Source of the DNA: Patescibacteria group bacterium | GTDB lineage: Bacteria > Patescibacteriota > Kazan-3B-28 > UBA10110 | Length of the DNA: 64,000 nucleotides | Assembly (NCBI GenBank): GCA_043802665.1 | Contig: JAZDKW010000020.1 | Coordinates: 7,036 to 71,035, forward strand | Direction of reading: 5' to 3' | Part shown: positions 56,807 through 64,000 of the stretch, in pieces | Numbering within the stretch: position 1 is the first letter of the stretch | Layout: every line of letters begins with the position of its first letter | The notes under the pieces: generated by a model | What the model was told of the DNA's origin: nothing | The model's input: only the letters and a program-made list of their open reading frames with translations | Databases searched by the model: none | Made by a program: the position numbers and the translations under genes

Positions 56807-57628
56807 ATGAATTACAAAAAAATAATATTTTTAGTCGCGTTATTAGTCATTTTGGGAGCGGCTAGTTGTAGTAAGAGCAGTTCATCAATTGCCACGATTG
56901 GTGAAATGGCAGTAACAACTCAAATTAATAATGATAATACTCCAATCAGCAGTTTGCCAGTTATTTTGGATACCTCTCAAAAGATTTATGCCACAGTTGA
57001 ATTAATTAATATCCAAAGAGGGGACAACGTGCAAGTAATATGGAGTTATACTCCCAAAAATCAAATTATTGCCACTGAGACATTTAATGGTCGGCGCGCA
57101 TCGGATCAACCATATGATTTTATTGGTGGGCCTAGCCCAGCCACCAGTTGGTTGGCTTCTTCCGTAACCCTAACAGATTTAAATTGGCCCAATGGTGATT
57201 ACGAAATAGTAGTACAGCTAAATCGTAAAGAGATTAAAAAATTAGGTTTTACTGTTACTAATGAACATGAATTAGATACAGTCACCAAACAAGCCATGAT
57301 TAAAAATACATGGCTTGGTAAAGGCATTAACAGTAACCATCAAATTACTCTGCCAACTACTAATTTTTCCAAAACAGATGACAATATTTATGCTGTTGTG
57401 TTAACCAAAGATATTCCAACCAATACTCGTCTGAAAGCCCAATGGGAGCTTTTAGAAACAGGTCAGATTATTAACGAATTTATTACCACTGTTTCGGGCA
57501 GTGAGTATGTCCCATTTGTGTTAAATTTACAACAATCCAACCGAACAACTTGGGCCAAGGGGAATTATACATTCAGTTTGTTTGTGGATAATGTCATGGT
57601 TGGTACCAAAAATTTTCAGATTAGTTAA
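56807..57628 (+). CDS. Lipoprotein with two similar beta-sandwich domains
   Basis: Lipobox GAASC; repeated IYA..V..W and WxxGxY motifs. Confidence 0.7.
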   Translation: MNYKKIIFLVALLVILGAASCSKSSSSIATIGEMAVTTQINNDNTPISSLPVILDTSQKIYATVELINIQRGDNVQVIWSYTPKNQIIATETFNGRRASDQPYDFIGGPSPATSWLASSVTLTDLNWPNGDYEIVVQLNRKEIKKLGFTVTNEHELDTVTKQAMIKNTWLGKGINSNHQITLPTTNFSKTDDNIYAVVLTKDIPTNTRLKAQWELLETGQIINEFITTVSGSEYVPFVLNLQQSNRTTWAKGNYTFSLFVDNVMVGTKNFQIS

Positions 57629-57805
57629 AGAGATTATTATAACGGTTATCCCCAATTTATAGGAGAAGGTTACTTTTTCATTGCATCTAGCGCAGTAAAT
57701 TGTTGACAAATCCCAGTGTAATTGTTAATTTGGGATTATGGCAAAATTTTAAACTAAGGCTCCTACCCTATCTTTTTGGTAAATATAATCAAAAGGGCAA
57801 TTTTT

Positions 57806-60800
57806 ATGTTAGCCAAATCATCTTCATTATCTACAATCGACAACTCAAATTTTGTTGATAAGTGGTACGCGCCAGCCAAAGACTTGGCTATTTTGCCTGA
57901 TTTAAATTCTTTACAAGTTAATTCATACCAGTGGTTTATTAAAGAAGGGCTCAAGGAATTATTTGAAGAGATTAGCCCTGTAGAAGATTTGACTGGCAAA
58001 AATCTTGAGTTGCATTTTGTGGATTATTATTTGGATGAATCCAAGGTAGATGAAGATACTTCCAGAAATTCAGATATGACTTACGAAGCTTCTTTGCGGG
58101 TCAAATTAAGATTAATTAATAAAGAAACAGGCGAAATTAAGGAACAAGAAGTATTCTTGGGCGACATTCCTGTTATGACTGCTGCGGGCGCTTTTATTAT
58201 AAATGGAATTGAACGAGTAGTTATTTCTCAATTAATTCGTTCAGCAGGGGTGTTATTTACCAGAAGTGAAGGGTTAACCCATGGTCAATATGGCACTAAA
58301 ATTATTCCTGAAAGAGGGGCTTGGCTAGAGATTGAAACCAATAATAAAGGTATTTTAACGGTTAAAATTGATCGTAAGCGCAAAACCTACTTAACTACTC
58401 TGTTACGTGCTTTTGGTTTGGGTAGTGATAGTGAGCTAATTGAAGCGTTTAAAGATGTTAACACTAATCCTAAAATGGATTACATCCAAACTACTATTGA
58501 TCGTGATCCCACCAAGTCTAGTGATCAGGCTATCTTAGAGGTATATAAAAAGATGCGCCCAGGTGATTTAGCCACTGTGGATAATGCGCGTAACCTTTTC
58601 CACAATGTTTTTATGAGTTTGCGTCGTTATGATTTAAGCAGTGTTGGACGCTACAAGCTGAACAAACGCTTAAAGCTGGATTTACCTAACAATAAAGAAT
58701 TCCGAGTTTTAACTATAGATGATTTAGTCGCTATCACTAAAGAAATTATCAGGTTAAATAATGAAGGCGGTCCAGCTGATGATGTGGATAACTTAAAAAA
58801 TCGTCGGGTTAAAGCTGTGGGAGAGTTGGTATTAAATAGATTTCGCACTGGCATGATGCGAGTAGAGAGAATTGTGAAAGATCGCATGAGTGTATCTGAT
58901 ATCCACACAGTTACTCCGGCTCAATTAATTAATGCCCGTCCCATCACAGCTATCCTACAAGAATTCTTTGGTAGTTCGCAGTTGTCACAGTTTATGGATC
59001 AGACTAATCCCCTATCTGAGTTAGAGAATAAACGCAGGATGTCCGCTATGGGTCCAGGTGGTCTTTCGCATGAACGGGCTGGTTTTGAGGTGCGAGACGT
59101 TCACTCGTCGCATTATGGTAGAATTTGTCCCATCCAAACTCCTGAAGGACCTAATATCGGTTTGGTGATGTATTTGTCCTCGTTGGCCAGAGTTAACCAC
59201 TATGGGTTTATTGAAACGCCTTACCACAAAATTATTCACGAAGTAGCCAATGACGGGAAATCACTTGTTGGCCATGTGTTATTTAAGGATATTGTGGCGC
59301 CAGGCAGTACTAAAGTTTTGGTATCTGCCGGTCAATTAATTAGTACCGAAACTGCAGAAATGTTGACCAAGTATAAAGACATTACAGTTATCCCAATAAA
59401 ATCAAGGATTCTTGATCATATTGATTATTTAGATGTTTACAGTGAAGAAAAGGCTTTGATTGCTCAGCCCAATATTTCTCAAGATGAAAACGGTGTTATC
59501 TTGTGTGATCGAGTGATTGCCAGAGAGGGCGGCGGTGGTGATCCGCTGACTACTTCGGTAGGGCATCTGGACTATGTTGATGTATCTGCTCGGCAGACAC
59601 TCAGTATTGCTGCATCGTTGATCCCGTTCATTGAACATGATGATGCTCGTAGAGCTCTTATGGGTGCCAATATGCAACGCCAAGCTGTTCCTTTGGTCAA
59701 ACCACAGGTTCCCTTAGTGGGTACTGGCATGGAGGGTGCAGCGGCGGTAGGTTCTGGCTGGGTCATTACTGCCCCCGTAGCGGGGACTATTAAATACGTT
59801 GATGCCAATAGAATTGATTTAGTTGGTGATAAGGATAGCAAAACACACACATTTAAACTAGCTAATTTTCGTAAGTCTAATGCTGAGACAGTTTTGCACC
59901 AGAGCCCAATTGTAAATCTTGGTCAAAAAGTTACCAAAGGACAAGCTTTGTGTAATGGCCCAGCAATTAGTAATGGTAAATTAGCACTTGGTCGTAATTT
60001 GCTAGTTGCTTTTATGCCATGGGGTGGGGCTAACTATGAAGATGCCATTATTTTGTCAGATAATTTAGTCAAAGAAGATGTTTATACATCCATCCATATT
60101 AAAAGACAAGAAATTGATGTACGAGAAACTAAATTAGGTCCAGAAATTACCACCAGAGATATTCCCAATGTAGGAGAAGATGCCGTAGCAGATTTAGATG
60201 AGGATGGAGTTGTCCGAATTGGTGCCAGAGTTAAGGCTAATGATATTTTAGTGGGTAAAATTACACCAAAGGGAGAAACAGAGCTAACAGCCGAAGAAAG
60301 ATTATTGCGTGCTATTTTTGGCGAAAAAGTAAAAGATGTGAAAGATACTTCATTAAAATTACCTCATGGTGGATATGGCAAAGTGGTTGCGGTAAAAATA
60401 TTTGATCACGATAAGGGTGACAAATTGGAAGTGGGAGTGATTAAGCGTATTTATGTTTATATTGCTCAAATGCGCAAAATATCAGTTGGAGATAAGTTAT
60501 CTGGTCGCCATGGTAATAAAGGTGTTATTTCGCGAATTATGCCAGCTGCTGATATGTCATTTATGGCTGATGGCACACCAGTGGACATTATTTTAAATCC
60601 ACTCGGTGTTGTTTCGCGGATGAATTTAGGTCAAGTATTAGAAACCCATTTAGGTTGGGCAGCTGCTAAGCAAGGATTTAATAGTAGTAATCCGGTATTT
60701 GAAGGTATTGATATGGATGGTATTGTTGATGAATTGAAAAAAGCTGGTTTACCAGAAGATGGCAAGATTCAATTATTTGATGGGCTGACTGGTGACGCAT

Positions 60801-61219
60801 TTGATCAGAAAACTATGGTGGGTATGATTTACATGCTAAAGCTTAACCATATGGTTGATGATAAAATTCATGCTCGGTCGATTGGCCCTTATGCTCTTGT
60901 TACTCAACAACCATTAGGAGGTAAAGCCCAACTTGGCGGTCAAAGAGTTGGAGAAATGGAAGTTTGGGCCCTAGAAGGCTATGGAGCCGCACATATTTTA
61001 CAAGAAATGTTGACAATTAAATCTGACGATGTGTTGGGTAGGTCCAATGCATATAAATCAATCATTCGGGGTGAGGAAATTCAAAAACCACAAACCCCCG
61101 AAGCCTTTAACGTTATTGCGAAAGAATTGCAAGGTTTAGGTCTTAATATTGAATTATTAGATGCTGATGGTAAATCAATTGGTGATAGCCCGGCGCCACG
61201 CAAATTTAGAAAAAAGTAA
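57806..61219 (+). CDS. rpoB: RNA polymerase beta subunit
   Basis: FIINGIERV, SQLSQFMDQ, GRHGNKG, GGQRVGEMEVWAL. Confidence 0.99.
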   Translation: MLAKSSSLSTIDNSNFVDKWYAPAKDLAILPDLNSLQVNSYQWFIKEGLKELFEEISPVEDLTGKNLELHFVDYYLDESKVDEDTSRNSDMTYEASLRVKLRLINKETGEIKEQEVFLGDIPVMTAAGAFIINGIERVVISQLIRSAGVLFTRSEGLTHGQYGTKIIPERGAWLEIETNNKGILTVKIDRKRKTYLTTLLRAFGLGSDSELIEAFKDVNTNPKMDYIQTTIDRDPTKSSDQAILEVYKKMRPGDLATVDNARNLFHNVFMSLRRYDLSSVGRYKLNKRLKLDLPNNKEFRVLTIDDLVAITKEIIRLNNEGGPADDVDNLKNRRVKAVGELVLNRFRTGMMRVERIVKDRMSVSDIHTVTPAQLINARPITAILQEFFGSSQLSQFMDQTNPLSELENKRRMSAMGPGGLSHERAGFEVRDVHSSHYGRICPIQTPEGPNIGLVMYLSSLARVNHYGFIETPYHKIIHEVANDGKSLVGHVLFKDIVAPGSTKVLVSAGQLISTETAEMLTKYKDITVIPIKSRILDHIDYLDVYSEEKALIAQPNISQDENGVILCDRVIAREGGGGDPLTTSVGHLDYVDVSARQTLSIAASLIPFIEHDDARRALMGANMQRQAVPLVKPQVPLVGTGMEGAAAVGSGWVITAPVAGTIKYVDANRIDLVGDKDSKTHTFKLANFRKSNAETVLHQSPIVNLGQKVTKGQALCNGPAISNGKLALGRNLLVAFMPWGGANYEDAIILSDNLVKEDVYTSIHIKRQEIDVRETKLGPEITTRDIPNVGEDAVADLDEDGVVRIGARVKANDILVGKITPKGETELTAEERLLRAIFGEKVKDVKDTSLKLPHGGYGKVVAVKIFDHDKGDKLEVGVIKRIYVYIAQMRKISVGDKLSGRHGNKGVISRIMPAADMSFMADGTPVDIILNPLGVVSRMNLGQVLETHLGWAAAKQGFNSSNPVFEGIDMDGIVDELKKAGLPEDGKIQLFDGLTGDAFDQKTMVGMIYMLKLNHMVDDKIHARSIGPYALVTQQPLGGKAQLGGQRVGEMEVWALEGYGAAHILQEMLTIKSDDVLGRSNAYKSIIRGEEIQKPQTPEAFNVIAKELQGLGLNIELLDADGKSIGDSPAPRKFRKK

Positions 61220-61221
61220 TT

Positions 61222-64000
61222 ATGAGTATGATCACCGAAAAAAATAGTGATAAGAAAAATATTTCCGATATGTTTGAATCGGTGCGAATATCATTAGCAT
61301 CCCCAGAAAAAATTTTGGAATGGTCTCACGGAGAAATTACAAAACCCGAAACGATTAATTATCGCACACTTAAGCCAGAAAAAGATGGGTTGTTTGATGA
61401 AAGGATTTTCGGGCCCACCAAAGATTGGGAATGTTATTGTGGCAAATATAAAAAAATTCGTTACAAAGGCATAGTTTGTGATAAATGTGGTGTAGAAGTT
61501 ACTCGATCATTGGTACGACGCGAGCGTATGGGACATATTAGTTTAGCAGTACCAGTAACTCATATTTGGTATTTACGAGGCGCACCATCTAAATTGGCCT
61601 TGGCTTTGGATGTACCTTCGCGCAAATTGGAACAGGTAGTTTATTTTGCCGCTTACATTGTTACCGAAGTGAATGAAGAAATGCGTCAGCAGGCGATTAA
61701 TCAATTAGCTTCAGAGTATGCTCAGCACACTAAAGGAATTAAAAATGATTATAAAACGAAAATGGATGGGGCTAATAATCTTACTGAGCGAGAGCGCATC
61801 AGTAAAGAATTAGCTGAAAAATTAGATAAACTCAAAGTAGCTTATAATACTGCTGTTTCAGAAATTGGTAGTATTAAACTTAAAACAATTTTGTCAGAGT
61901 TAGAGTATCGTGATTTAAGTTTAAAATACGGAGGAGTTTTTAAAGCTAGTATTGGTGCAGAGGCAGTCTATGATTTGGTTGGTAAATTAGATGTTGTCAC
62001 TGATATGGCTGAGTTAAGCAAAGCATTAATCGATGCTGTTGGGCAAAAGCGTAAACGTTTTCAAAAGAGATTGCGGTTACTAAGAAATTTTCATGAGGCC
62101 AGTATTATCCCAAGGTGGATGTTATTGACCAATTTGCCAGTTATACCTCCCGATTTGCGACCTATGGTTCAGTTGGATGGTGGCAGATTTGCTACATCAG
62201 ACCTCAATGATTTATATCGTAGGGTAATTAATCGTAATAATCGACTTAAGAAACTATTAGATTTAGGTGCCCCAGAAGTTATCACCCGCAATGAAAAAAG
62301 AATGTTACAGGAAGCTGTTGATGCTTTGCTAGACTTAACTGCTAGAGAAACTTCTACCTCGACGGTTAGTAAACGAAAACTAAAATCTTTATCTGATTTA
62401 TTGCGCGGGAAACAAGGTCGTTTCCGTCAGAATTTGCTTGGTAAGCGGGTAGATTATTCTGGCCGAAGTGTGATTGTGGTGGGGCCAACCCTAAAGCTTG
62501 ATCAATGCGGTTTACCCAAAACGATTGCTTTAGAAATATTTAAGCCATTTGTAATTGCTAATTTGATGCGCAATGAAATTGTGCATAATGTTAAAACTGC
62601 TAGCAAAATGGTTGAGCGTCAAGTGCCAGAAGTATGGGATGCCCTTGATGAAGTGATTGGGCATTACTATGTATTGTTGGATCGTGCTCCAACTTTACAT
62701 CGTTTAGGCATTCAGGCGTTTAAACCTATATTAGTAGAAGGTAATGCTATCCAATTACATCCCCTAACTTGTCTTGCCTTTAATGCTGATTTTGATGGTG
62801 ATCAAATGGCTGTTCATTTGCCACTTTCTCGCGCGGCTCAAGCGGAAGCAAGAGATATTATGTTATCAACTCATAACCTACTGAAACCGGCTACGGGTGA
62901 TCCCATTATTGTACCTAGTCAGGATATTGTGCTGGGATGTTATTACGCTACGTTAATGAAACAATCAACCAAGAGCACAATTGTGAAAGCCTTTAAAAGC
63001 GTTGATGAGCTAACCCTAGTTCATATAAATGGGTTAATTGATTATCATGACATTATTAAAATAAAATTAACTGCCGAAAGTGATTGGTTAGAAACTACTT
63101 TGGGGCGAGTATTATTTAATCAAATTATTCCCGAAGGTATTGCTTATGTTAATGCACCAGTAGTAAAGAAGACGTTAAAAAATATAATTCGTGCGGTCTA
63201 TGAAATGTATGGTGATGAGGTAACTGCTAAATTCGCCGATGATTTAAAAAATATTGGTTTTAAATTTGCTACAGCTTCGGGGGCCACTTTTAGTGCCACT
63301 GATATTATCATCCCTCCAGAAAAAACTCAGATAATGCAAGAAGCGGAAGATAAGGTTGAACAAATTCGGTTGCAATATAAAGAAGGTTTAATCACTACTG
63401 AAGAAAAGAAAAGGTTATCTATTGAAGCATGGTCTGATGCTAAATCTGATATCGAGAGTTTTGCTCATAAAAAAGATGATCCATTTTTTTCAATTAATCT
63501 AATGATGGATTCACAGGCTCGTGGCAGTATGGAACAACTCAACCAAATGGCTGGGATGAAAGGTATTGTGGTGAACCCAGCTGGTAGAGCGATTGAATTG
63601 CCAGTTAAATCTAACTACAAAGAAGGTTTAACTCCACTGGAATACTTTATTTCTACTCACGGTGCTCGTAAGGGTGGTGCTGATACAGCTCTCAAGACAT
63701 CTGATGCAGGTTATCTTACTCGCCGGTTAGTGGATGTAGCCCAAGATATGACTGTTATGCAAGCTGATTGCGGTGTCAAAATCGGTCGTACTATTACCAA
63801 GGAGTATGTTGAATCAATTAATGATAAACTTTCGTCAGTTGTGGCCGGTCGATTTACTCTAGAACCAATTATTAGTGCTGATGGCAAAGAAGTAATACCT
63901 ACTGATACCTATATAGATAAAATAGCAGAGCAGATTATTGAAGAATCTGGCGTCACTGAAGTTGCTGTTCGCTCAATTCTACATTGCCAATCCGAACATG
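61222..64000 (+). CDS. rpoC: RNA polymerase beta' subunit, runs off the window
   Basis: ISLASPE..WSHGE..KPETINYRT, LLGKRVDYSGR, NADFDGD. Confidence 0.99.
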   Translation, partial: MSMITEKNSDKKNISDMFESVRISLASPEKILEWSHGEITKPETINYRTLKPEKDGLFDERIFGPTKDWECYCGKYKKIRYKGIVCDKCGVEVTRSLVRRERMGHISLAVPVTHIWYLRGAPSKLALALDVPSRKLEQVVYFAAYIVTEVNEEMRQQAINQLASEYAQHTKGIKNDYKTKMDGANNLTERERISKELAEKLDKLKVAYNTAVSEIGSIKLKTILSELEYRDLSLKYGGVFKASIGAEAVYDLVGKLDVVTDMAELSKALIDAVGQKRKRFQKRLRLLRNFHEASIIPRWMLLTNLPVIPPDLRPMVQLDGGRFATSDLNDLYRRVINRNNRLKKLLDLGAPEVITRNEKRMLQEAVDALLDLTARETSTSTVSKRKLKSLSDLLRGKQGRFRQNLLGKRVDYSGRSVIVVGPTLKLDQCGLPKTIALEIFKPFVIANLMRNEIVHNVKTASKMVERQVPEVWDALDEVIGHYYVLLDRAPTLHRLGIQAFKPILVEGNAIQLHPLTCLAFNADFDGDQMAVHLPLSRAAQAEARDIMLSTHNLLKPATGDPIIVPSQDIVLGCYYATLMKQSTKSTIVKAFKSVDELTLVHINGLIDYHDIIKIKLTAESDWLETTLGRVLFNQIIPEGIAYVNAPVVKKTLKNIIRAVYEMYGDEVTAKFADDLKNIGFKFATASGATFSATDIIIPPEKTQIMQEAEDKVEQIRLQYKEGLITTEEKKRLSIEAWSDAKSDIESFAHKKDDPFFSINLMMDSQARGSMEQLNQMAGMKGIVVNPAGRAIELPVKSNYKEGLTPLEYFISTHGARKGGADTALKTSDAGYLTRRLVDVAQDMTVMQADCGVKIGRTITKEYVESINDKLSSVVAGRFTLEPIISADGKEVIPTDTYIDKIAEQIIEESGVTEVAVRSILHCQSEH

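Overview
Bacterial chromosome segment, most likely from a Patescibacteria/CPR genome. This is inferred from the homodimeric GlyRS, reduced dcw cluster, many SD-less or leaderless starts and abundant GTCATTC/GGATGAC palindromes. Positions 1-39 kb are mostly minus-strand housekeeping genes (recR, ybaB, dnaB, dnaX, dcw cluster, truB, glyQS, rplI, ftsEX, frameshifted prfB, infC). Positions 39-64 kb are mostly plus-strand (MacAB-like ABC system, secG, lemA/htpX, rpoB, partial rpoC). The main non-obvious structures are: (1) two unrelated-sequence arrays at 26.6-28.7 kb and 46.1-50.7 kb, in which short ORFans and structured leaders are separated by a repeated module of small hairpin + long G-U/C-A stem + boxA-like motif, one array carrying an orphan P-loop/Csx3-like protein; (2) four 115-122 nt CCCGTTAGA...TCTAACGGG elements that each run from just after a stop codon to the base directly before the next start codon; (3) tRNA loci with a group I intron in tRNA-Phe, a Leu(AAG) anticodon, and duplicated tRNA fragments interrupted by palindromic insertions at matching positions. 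All calls were made by eye without database searches.
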